From NCBI GenBank assembly GCA_003283765.1, contig QBVY01000004.1, forward strand, positions 16,493 through 80,492: 64,000 bases of DNA, in the 5' to 3' direction. The DNA is from SAR86 cluster bacterium AG-313-N18 (GTDB taxonomy: Bacteria > Pseudomonadota > Gammaproteobacteria > Magnimaribacterales > D2472). Each line of letters opens with the position of its first letter. Position 1 is the stretch's first letter. Shown here piece after piece: positions 56,964 through 64,000 of the stretch. A program made the translations under genes and the position numbers. The notes beneath the pieces are model-generated. The model searched no databases and was not told the origin of the DNA. It saw only the letters and a program-made list of their open reading frames with translations.

Positions 56964-57821
56964 ATGAGTTTAAATGGCAGAGTCTTGTTTATTACGGGTG
57001 GCAGCAGGGGAATAGGCCTTGAAATAGGTAAACGTGCCGCTAAAGATGGAGCAAAAGTAGTTTTGGCAGCAAAAACAGCTGAACCTCACCCAAAGCTTCC
57101 AGGAACTATATACACTGCTGCAGATGAGATTGTAGCTGCGGGCGGGGAAGCATTGCCTATCATTTTAGATGTTCGTGATGAAGTTAATGTTAGGGATGCA
57201 GTTGAAGAAACCATTAGCCATTTTGGCGGCATAGATATTTGTGTGAATAATGCATCTGCAATTTCACTAACAAGCACACCTGACACAGATATGAAACGAT
57301 ATGATTTAATGCATCAAATTAATGGAAGAGGAACATATCTAGTAAGCAAATATTGCATTCCCCATTTAAAAAAATCTAATAATGCTCATATATTAAATTT
57401 GGCCCCACCTCTTGATATGAAGCCAAAATGGTTTGGCCCCCATTTAGCATACACAATGGCAAAATTTACAATGAGCATGTGTGTATTAGGCATGGCTGAA
57501 GAGTTAAAGTCCGATAGCATTGCTGTTAATGGTTTGTGGCCAAGGACGGCAATCGCAACTGCTGCTGTAAAAAATGTTTTGGGTGGTGAAGAATTAATGA
57601 ATATTTCTAGAACTCCAGAAATTATGGCGGATGCTGCATACGAAATTTTTACTAAAGATCCTTCAGGTTTCACTGGTAATTTCTGTATTGATGATCTAGT
57701 TTTATATGATGCAGGTATGAGAGATTTTTCTAAATACGCAGATGTCCCATTTGCTCAGTTAGCCCTAGATTTCTTTTTGCCTGACGATACTCCTTTGCCT
57801 TCGGAGATTGAAAATAGCTGA
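56964..57821 (+). CDS. SDR family oxidoreductase (HSDL2-like)
   Basis: I prefer ATG 56964 (GGAGA upstream). LFITGGSRGIGLEIG, AAKTAEPHPKLPGTIYTAA, NNASA and Y..AK. Confidence 0.8.
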   Translation: MSLNGRVLFITGGSRGIGLEIGKRAAKDGAKVVLAAKTAEPHPKLPGTIYTAADEIVAAGGEALPIILDVRDEVNVRDAVEETISHFGGIDICVNNASAISLTSTPDTDMKRYDLMHQINGRGTYLVSKYCIPHLKKSNNAHILNLAPPLDMKPKWFGPHLAYTMAKFTMSMCVLGMAEELKSDSIAVNGLWPRTAIATAAVKNVLGGEELMNISRTPEIMADAAYEIFTKDPSGFTGNFCIDDLVLYDAGMRDFSKYADVPFAQLALDFFLPDDTPLPSEIENS

Positions 57822-58782
57822 AATATCAAAAGCCAATATACTTAAGTATGCTCAAATATTTGATGGTGATCTAACATCAGTAGAACCTCTTAAAATAGAG
57901 GCAAGTGGAAGAAAATATTTTAGAGCATTTTCCACAGAAACCTCTTACGTCGTTTCTCATGATGACAGCCATGTAAATGGCCAACTGGTTTTTATCAATC
58001 GAGCGAATGAGTTAGCAAACTGTAATGTTAGAGTTCCTAAGATATTTAAATATGAGCTTGATAGCAGTCTAACTATATTAGAAGATCTTGGTGATCATTC
58101 CTTAATTGATGAAAAAAATTTTTACCAACAAGAGAAGCTAGTTCATTCATCTTTAGAGCTTCTCAATCAAATGCATCAATCTAAGCATGTTGATTTACAT
58201 TCTACTTTTTGGATGGGGCTAGAATCACATTCAAAAAAATTTTCAAAAGTTTTTTGTAAGGAGTTCCTCGGCCTTGAAATGTTTGATGAATATAAGAATC
58301 TTTATTTTGAAATGAGACCTCAAATAATGGATCAACAATGGACTAATTGCCATTTTGATTTTGAAAGAAGAAATATCCACCTTTTAGATAATGGCGAACT
58401 CGCATTAATAGATTTTCAAGATATGTGCTTTGGGCCAATAGGTATTGATTTGGCAGGGATTCTGATCGATCACTACATTCCTTGCAAGATTGATACAATG
58501 AAAAAATATTGCAACAGCTTTTCAGAGCTTTCGGTTTATGGCATATCTGCAGAAGATATTTTTAGTGCGACCTTATGGGGAGGCTTACAAAGGAATTTAA
58601 GAATCATGGGAACTCTAACCGAACTTTACCTAAGATTAAATCGTTCATTCAGAATGCATGATTTACCTCAAATTGTTATGAATACAGCAGTTATATCGCG
58701 AGAATTAAATCTAGAAAGTTTAACTAATTTTCTTAATGATAATGTTTTGCAAATATTAGAAGATAAATTGGTAAATCTATGA
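57808..58782 (+). CDS. amgK: Aminoglycoside-phosphotransferase-fold kinase, probable anomeric MurNAc/GlcNAc kinase
   Basis: 324 aa, TTG start. EASGRKYFR N-lobe motif and H.DFERRNI...IDFQD catalytic region. Its position next to a murU-like gene and divergent from lptD matches Pseudomonas. Confidence 0.65.
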   Translation: MKIAEISKANILKYAQIFDGDLTSVEPLKIEASGRKYFRAFSTETSYVVSHDDSHVNGQLVFINRANELANCNVRVPKIFKYELDSSLTILEDLGDHSLIDEKNFYQQEKLVHSSLELLNQMHQSKHVDLHSTFWMGLESHSKKFSKVFCKEFLGLEMFDEYKNLYFEMRPQIMDQQWTNCHFDFERRNIHLLDNGELALIDFQDMCFGPIGIDLAGILIDHYIPCKIDTMKKYCNSFSELSVYGISAEDIFSATLWGGLQRNLRIMGTLTELYLRLNRSFRMHDLPQIVMNTAVISRELNLESLTNFLNDNVLQILEDKLVNL

Positions 58783-59450
58783 AAGCTATGATTTTAGCCG
58801 CCGGGCTTGGCTCAAGACTCCAGCCAATTACAGACAAGTTACCCAAACCACTTATAGATGTAGGTGGGATCTCATTGATAGAGCGATCGATAAATCAATT
58901 AATTACTTTTGGCGTGAGTGAATTTGTAATTAATGTCTCTTATCTTGGAGATCAGATCAAGGAGACACTGCAGTCAATTAATGCAATATCTAAAATAATT
59001 TTTGTAGATGAGCCTTTCCCTTACGGAACTGGCGGAGCGTTGGTTAATGCAAAGAATTTTTTAGGAAAGGACCCTTTTATATTATCAACAGCAGATATTA
59101 TTTTTGATTTAGACTTTCATAAATTACCTTCAACCATAGAATCAGCGCATTTAGTGGCAGTGAAAAACCCTGAACATAATCAATCAGGTGATTTTTCAAT
59201 GAAAGCAAACTCTGTTTTCATAAATGATAAAATAAATGATTTTACTTATTCAGGCGTATCCATATTAAACCCAAATATCTTAGATATGCACCTATCAAGA
59301 AAGTATCCATTTGACCTTTGGAATACTATCTTGAAACCCTTGATTACAAAATCTATGGTTAGTGCTCATTTTGATGATTCATTGTGGATTGATGTTGGAA
59401 CTGAGGACAGATTAAACCTTGCAAGGAATGTTTTAAAAGATGAAAATTAG
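58779..59450 (+). CDS. murU: Nucleotidyltransferase, probable MurNAc-alpha-1-phosphate uridylyltransferase
   Basis: 223 aa. MKAMILAAGLGSRLQPITDKLPKPL is a sugar-nucleotidyltransferase N-terminus. It overlaps the amgK-like gene by 4 nt. Confidence 0.75.
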   Translation: MKAMILAAGLGSRLQPITDKLPKPLIDVGGISLIERSINQLITFGVSEFVINVSYLGDQIKETLQSINAISKIIFVDEPFPYGTGGALVNAKNFLGKDPFILSTADIIFDLDFHKLPSTIESAHLVAVKNPEHNQSGDFSMKANSVFINDKINDFTYSGVSILNPNILDMHLSRKYPFDLWNTILKPLITKSMVSAHFDDSLWIDVGTEDRLNLARNVLKDEN

Positions 59451-59453
59451 AAA

Positions 59454-60119
59454 ATGAACTCTAATTCTTTAATAGCGCCATCAATCTTATCAGCAAATTT
59501 TGCTCGACTTGGAGAAGAGATAAATTCAGTTATGAAAGCTGGCGCAGATTGGATACATTTTGATGTAATGGATAATCATTATGTGCCTAATCTTACAGTT
59601 GGTCCTATGGTCTGTAGATCATTAAGAGATGATGGCATAAAAGATTTTATAGACGTCCATTTAATGATTACTCCTGTGAATGAATTGGCTAAGAGTTTTG
59701 CAGATGCTGGTGCAGATCTCATTAGTTTCCATCCCGAAGCAGTAGATAATCCTGCAGAAACTATAAACATTATCAAGCAGTCTGGGTGCAAGGTTGGTAT
59801 TGCAATAAATCCAGATACACCCTTATCTGTGTTAAAAGATATTATTGGCGAAATAGATCTTATCTTGTTAATGAGTGTGTATCCTGGATTTGGCGGCCAA
59901 GAATTTATTGAAGATACAATTGAGAAGATTGCTGAGGCAAAAAAAATTATTGATCAACAAGATCAACAGATATTCTTAGAAGTTGATGGCGGCATCAACA
60001 ATGACACTATTTCAAGAGTTTCTAAAGCAGGAGCAAATGTTTTTGTAGCAGGTTCTGCTATTTTTGGATCATCAGATTATGAGAAAACAATTCAAAGCTT
60101 CCGTCAAAAAATTACTTAG
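59454..60119 (+). CDS. rpe: Ribulose-phosphate 3-epimerase
   Basis: 221 aa. IAPSILSANFA.LGEE, HFDVMDNHYVPN and VDGGIN motifs. Confidence 0.95.
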   Translation: MNSNSLIAPSILSANFARLGEEINSVMKAGADWIHFDVMDNHYVPNLTVGPMVCRSLRDDGIKDFIDVHLMITPVNELAKSFADAGADLISFHPEAVDNPAETINIIKQSGCKVGIAINPDTPLSVLKDIIGEIDLILLMSVYPGFGGQEFIEDTIEKIAEAKKIIDQQDQQIFLEVDGGINNDTISRVSKAGANVFVAGSAIFGSSDYEKTIQSFRQKIT

Positions 60120-60507
60120 TTTCTCATTAATTTCATATTCTGCAATTTGTTTTGCTGCCTTGGAAATGAGTTTCGAAGGCAAAACTGCAAAGCTAGATTT
60201 AATTATTTCTAATACTGATACTGCAAGGCGGAAGGGCTTAATGAATCTATCTTCCCTAGAAAAAAATACTGGCATGCTCTTTGTTTGGCCATCAAGTAAA
60301 AAACAATGCATGTGGATGAAAAATACTTCCTTGCCACTAAGTGTTGCTTATCTTTCACCTGATGGAAGAATTTTAGAGATTTATGATATGGTCCCGTTTT
60401 CCGAGGACTCAATCTGCTCTATGCATAGCGTCAGAATGGCATTAGAAGTGAATCAGGGATGGTTTGCAAAAAATAAAATTTCCGTTGGAGATAAAATCAA
60501 TCTTTAG
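60079..60507 (+). CDS. DUF192 domain-containing secreted protein
   Basis: I prefer ATG 60079, which gives a signal peptide. RRKGLMN...NTGMLFVWP....MWMKNTSLPLSVAYL and ALEVNQGW are DUF192 blocks. It overlaps the rpe end by 41 nt. Confidence 0.75.
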   Translation: MRKQFKASVKKLLSFSLISYSAICFAALEMSFEGKTAKLDLIISNTDTARRKGLMNLSSLEKNTGMLFVWPSSKKQCMWMKNTSLPLSVAYLSPDGRILEIYDMVPFSEDSICSMHSVRMALEVNQGWFAKNKISVGDKINL

Positions 60508-60519
60508 TAAACAAAATTC

Positions 60520-61986
60520 ATGATTACAGATAAAGAATACAAAAATTTTAAAGATGCTGATTTCACAGTATTACCAATGAGCAGGGAGATCTCAGCTCCT
60601 GGTGAAACTCCCTTATCCTTGTATTCAAAAATTGCTGATCAACGAAATAATTTTTTATTTGAATCAGTTGAAGGTGGAGATAGGTGGGCGCAATATTCAA
60701 TTATTGGTTTTGGCTGCATTGATACAATTAAGATTTCTGGAAAAAAAATTGAAACAGTTATTGATGGAGTTAGGAATTCATTTAAAGCTGAAAATCCTCT
60801 TCAAGCAATTGAAGAAATTATCTCAAAACATTCCACGCCGAACATTGAAAATTTACCAAGATTTCATGGAGGCTATATAGGATTTTTTGCATATGAAAGT
60901 GCTCAATATGCTGAAAGTAAAATAGCATCACTCCCTTGTAAAGATTCTAAGTTTAAAGAGCATATGCCAGATATTATGCTTGTGAAGGCAGAGCAACTTA
61001 TCATCTTTGATAATTTAAATGACTCAACTCATATTATTTTTAATGCCAATCTAAAAAATATGACTTATGAGTTTGCTCAATCCAAATTAGATGATATTGA
61101 GAAAATATTAACCACATATGAAGAAAGTGCTGCTCAAGAATTTAATCAAATTACAAACTGTTTTGAGTTTGAATCAAATTTTACTAAAGAAGGATATTGT
61201 GATGCTGTAAATACTATTAAAAATTACATTACAGAAGGCGATGTAATGCAAGTTGTATTAGCGCAGGATTTTTCTGCAAACTTTGATAAAGACCCCTTTG
61301 ATTTGTATAAAGCAATACGGAAATTAAATCCTTCTCCTTACATGTATTTTTTAGATTTAGACGAATGCCAGATAGTTGGAGCATCTCCTGAGATTCTAGT
61401 CAGACTTGAGGGCAATGAAATTAATTTAAGACCTTTGGCAGGAACTAGAAAAAGGGGAGAAAATCCTGAAGAAGACAAAATCAACGAAGAGGATCTTCTT
61501 AATGATCCCAAAGAAATAGCCGAACACCTAATGCTTATTGACCTTGGAAGAAATGATGTTGGGCGAGTGTCTAAAATTGGTTCAGTTATTGTCACGGATA
61601 AAATGACTATTGAAAAATATTCTCATGTCATGCATATCGTTTCAAATGTGATGGGGAAGATTGCTTCTGGATTGAGCTATTTTGATGTGCTGAAGGCTTC
61701 TTTACCAGCAGGTACATTATCGGGCGCTCCTAAAATAAGAGCAATGGAAATAATAAATGAACTAGAACCAAGCTCCAGAGGCATATATGGAGGAGCGATA
61801 GGCTATATAGGGTGGAATGGAAATATGGATACAGCCATAGCAATAAGAACCGCTGTAATTAAGGATAAAACTATTCATGTAGGAGCAGGAGCAGGAGTGG
61901 TTGCTGATTCTGTTCCTGAAAATGAATGGCTTGAATGTAGGCAGAAATCTAAAGTATTCATGGATGCGATGGAGATGATCTCATGA
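60520..61986 (+). CDS. trpE: Anthranilate synthase component I
   Basis: 488 aa. LFESVEGG, SPYMYFLD, GTLSGAPK and RGIYGGAIGY motifs. Confidence 0.95.
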   Translation: MITDKEYKNFKDADFTVLPMSREISAPGETPLSLYSKIADQRNNFLFESVEGGDRWAQYSIIGFGCIDTIKISGKKIETVIDGVRNSFKAENPLQAIEEIISKHSTPNIENLPRFHGGYIGFFAYESAQYAESKIASLPCKDSKFKEHMPDIMLVKAEQLIIFDNLNDSTHIIFNANLKNMTYEFAQSKLDDIEKILTTYEESAAQEFNQITNCFEFESNFTKEGYCDAVNTIKNYITEGDVMQVVLAQDFSANFDKDPFDLYKAIRKLNPSPYMYFLDLDECQIVGASPEILVRLEGNEINLRPLAGTRKRGENPEEDKINEEDLLNDPKEIAEHLMLIDLGRNDVGRVSKIGSVIVTDKMTIEKYSHVMHIVSNVMGKIASGLSYFDVLKASLPAGTLSGAPKIRAMEIINELEPSSRGIYGGAIGYIGWNGNMDTAIAIRTAVIKDKTIHVGAGAGVVADSVPENEWLECRQKSKVFMDAMEMIS

Positions 61987-62546
61987 TTCTTGTCATTGAT
62001 AATTACGACTCTTTTACCTATAACTTAGTTCATTATATTGGAGAATGCGATCACGAGGTTTTGGTTAAAAGAAACGATGAATTAACCACCGATGATATTC
62101 GTTCTCTTAACCCTGAAAAAATTGTTATTTCTCCAGGTCCTTGTACTCCAAAGGAGGCTGGAATTTCTGTGGAGCTTGTTCAAGAATCTCAAGTGCCATT
62201 ATTAGGAGTCTGCTTAGGCCATCAATCTATTGGTGCAGCATTTGGAGCTAGAATCATCAAAGCTCCTGAAGTCTTTCATGGGAAAAAATCTTCTATCAAT
62301 CATTCTGATTCATTATTATTTCAAGGTATTCCTAATCCATATTCAGTAGTCAGATATCATAGCCTAATCATTGATAGCTCAGCTTTACCTAAAGATTTAA
62401 AGGTTACATCTACGATTATTGATGAGCCTTCAATCATTATGGGAGTAGAGCATGTCTCCAGACCTATATTTGGTGTTCAATTTCACCCTGAATCCATTGA
62501 TACTGATCATGGCATGCAATTAATTAAAAATTTTTTAAATATATGA
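61983..62546 (+). CDS. trpG: Anthranilate synthase component II (glutamine amidotransferase)
   Basis: 187 aa. IDNYDSFTYNL, GVCLGHQ and QFHPES triad motifs. Confidence 0.95.
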   Translation: MILVIDNYDSFTYNLVHYIGECDHEVLVKRNDELTTDDIRSLNPEKIVISPGPCTPKEAGISVELVQESQVPLLGVCLGHQSIGAAFGARIIKAPEVFHGKKSSINHSDSLLFQGIPNPYSVVRYHSLIIDSSALPKDLKVTSTIIDEPSIIMGVEHVSRPIFGVQFHPESIDTDHGMQLIKNFLNI

Positions 62547-63553
62547 TCCAGGATTTTATTAACCAGTTAGAAAAAAAAGAGGACCTTGATTTCCATTCAA
62601 TGCAGTCTGCGATTGAATCAATTATGACCGGAGCTGTCGATGATCATTCTATCGAAGCTTTTTTATTGGCTCTAAATGAAAAGGGGATTCAAGAAATTGA
62701 GATTACTGCTGCGGTCAGAGTCATGAAAGAAAAATCTTTGACATACCCTCTGGGAGATGGAGATCACATAGATACTTGTGGTACAGGAGGTTCGGGTCTA
62801 CATACTTTTAATTGTTCTACTGCTTCATCTTTTGTGGCTGCTGCAGGGGGCGCAGCAGTAACTAAGCATGGCAACAAAGCAGTATCAAGTAAGTCTGGAA
62901 GTGCAGATTTATTAGTAGCCGCTGGGGCTGACATAGCTCATGATAGAAAAAAGCTAGAAATTATTTTTAAGAAAGTGGGTTTTGTTTTTTTATTTGCCCC
63001 CTTGCATCATCAATCAATGAAATATGTGATGCCAGCTAGGCTAAAAATTGGAAAAAAAACTTTATTTAATTTGCTTGGTCCTCATACAAATCCATGTAGC
63101 GCAAAAAGACAAATCTTAGGTGTTTATCAAAAAGATTTAGTTAGAACTTTCGCATCAGTTGCAAGGAATTTGTCCATGGACCATGCTCTTATTGTTCATG
63201 GTTTTGATGGTTTAGATGAAATTACTATCACCGACTCCACATATGTTGCAGAGCTGAAAGATAATACTATTTCTGAGTATGAAATTTCTCCAAAAGATTT
63301 TGGTTTGTCCCTAAGCACCTTGTCTGAAATCACAGCAACATCTCCCGATGACAGTTTGCAATTAATTAGAGAAGCGTTTTCAGGTGATAAATCAGCCGTT
63401 CAAGATATGATTGCGCTAAATGCTGGTGCAGCTTTATATCTCGCAAAAAAAGTAGATTCCATTGCAGATGGTATTGAGCTCTCATTTGAATTAATGAATA
63501 ACGGTATGGCTGCAGATAAGCTGGCTTCCTATGTTCGGGTATCAAATAGTTAA
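62543..63553 (+). CDS. trpD: Anthranilate phosphoribosyltransferase
   Basis: 336 aa. DTCGTGG, KHGN.AVSSKSGSADLL and LGP.TNP motifs. Confidence 0.95.
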   Translation: MIQDFINQLEKKEDLDFHSMQSAIESIMTGAVDDHSIEAFLLALNEKGIQEIEITAAVRVMKEKSLTYPLGDGDHIDTCGTGGSGLHTFNCSTASSFVAAAGGAAVTKHGNKAVSSKSGSADLLVAAGADIAHDRKKLEIIFKKVGFVFLFAPLHHQSMKYVMPARLKIGKKTLFNLLGPHTNPCSAKRQILGVYQKDLVRTFASVARNLSMDHALIVHGFDGLDEITITDSTYVAELKDNTISEYEISPKDFGLSLSTLSEITATSPDDSLQLIREAFSGDKSAVQDMIALNAGAALYLAKKVDSIADGIELSFELMNNGMAADKLASYVRVSNS

Positions 63554-64000
63554 TGAGTATTCTAGAAAAAATTGTTGCACATACAAAAGCTGGTCTTATT
63601 CAGAAGAAGGCAGAACTACCTATAAAGCAAATAAAAAGATCTTTAGAGGATCTTGATCTTCCTAGAGGGAGATTTAAAGATAATATTTCCAATAAAGATG
63701 AAGCCATTATTGCAGAAATAAAAAAGGCTTCACCAAGCGCAGGAGTGATTGAAGAAGAATTTGATCCAGTGAAAAAAGCGATTGAATATGAAGCCTTTGG
63801 AGCATCCGCATTATCGATTTTAACCGAAGAAGATTTTTTTATGGGAAGTGTTGATCATTTAAAAGATGTTAAGAAGATTACTGCCTTACCAATTTTAAGA
63901 AAAGATTTCATGATCGATGAATACCAAATCTATGAATCTAAATTGATTGGTGCAGATTGTATTTTGTTGATTGCATCGATTCTTTCTGATCAGCAAATTG
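63553..64000 (+). CDS. trpC: Indole-3-glycerol phosphate synthase (N-terminal part; runs off the window)
   Basis: Hand translation from ATG 63553 (TAATG overlap with the trpD stop): MSILEKIVAHTK...IIAEIKKASPSAG...LSILTEEDFF.GS...PILRKDF..DEYQI.ES...GADCILLI. These are classic TrpC blocks. Confidence 0.9.
   Translation, partial: MSILEKIVAHTKAGLIQKKAELPIKQIKRSLEDLDLPRGRFKDNISNKDEAIIAEIKKASPSAGVIEEEFDPVKKAIEYEAFGASALSILTEEDFFMGSVDHLKDVKKITALPILRKDFMIDEYQIYESKLIGADCILLIASILSDQQI

Noticed and set aside
1-64000. Search by eye for CRISPR arrays, tandem or interspersed repeats, IS or transposase genes, integrases, phage genes, toxin-antitoxin pairs, restriction-modification or other defence modules, riboswitches and rRNA
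   Set aside because: None was found. No non-coding gap exceeds 166 nt. Every ORF of 100 aa or more, apart from shadow ORFs inside called genes, is assigned to a metabolic or housekeeping family or listed as hypothetical. A computational repeat or self-alignment scan would be needed to exclude short dispersed repeats inside genes.

Overview
This is an AT-rich, very gene-dense chromosomal segment. By my tally from the coordinates, about 1.7 kb of the 64 kb (about 3%) is non-coding, and the largest gap is 166 nt. The content is mostly core gammaproteobacterial housekeeping genes in familiar synteny: lptD-surA-pdxA-rsmA-apaH-cca; amgK-murU; rpe...trpEGDC; yicC-gmk-rpoZ-spoT-ridA-pyrB; rph-pyrE-ribE; rpsU/tsaD-folB-folK; ubiC-ubiA; mutY-yggX; yibN-grxC; GS-ntrB-ntrC; recG; hppA. 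This fits a streamlined marine gammaproteobacterium. SAR86-like is only a guess and cannot be verified here. I call about 73 CDS, one tRNA-Phe, three hairpin terminators, and one sigma-54 promoter with two NtrC-type sites. One CDS is a 56-aa rubredoxin that is missing from the ORF track. I see no CRISPR array, IS element, transposase, integrase, prophage, toxin-antitoxin pair or recognisable defence module. No non-coding gap is large enough to hide a structured RNA locus. The left 17 kb looks the most accessory. It holds a sulfotransferase-like gene, a GPH transporter, redox/detox genes, a four-gene PLP/oxygenase/peptidase cluster, cell-surface genes next to tRNA-Phe, and a D-aminoacylase. The observations most worth a second look are: (1) a type II (eukaryote-like) glutamine synthetase in the glnA slot of a glnA-ntrBC locus, with a miniaturised sigma-54/NtrC control region; (2) the uncharacterised dpaL-like/PhyH/pip/thrC-like operon; (3) a tandem pair of exported amidohydrolases in which the second has lost the HxH metal motif; (4) the unannotated rubredoxin translationally coupled to an amino-acid/dicarboxylate symporter; (5) convergent genes that share stop codons with no room for terminators. 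None of these is a clear-cut novel system. All functional calls rest on motif and family recognition by eye, not on searches.
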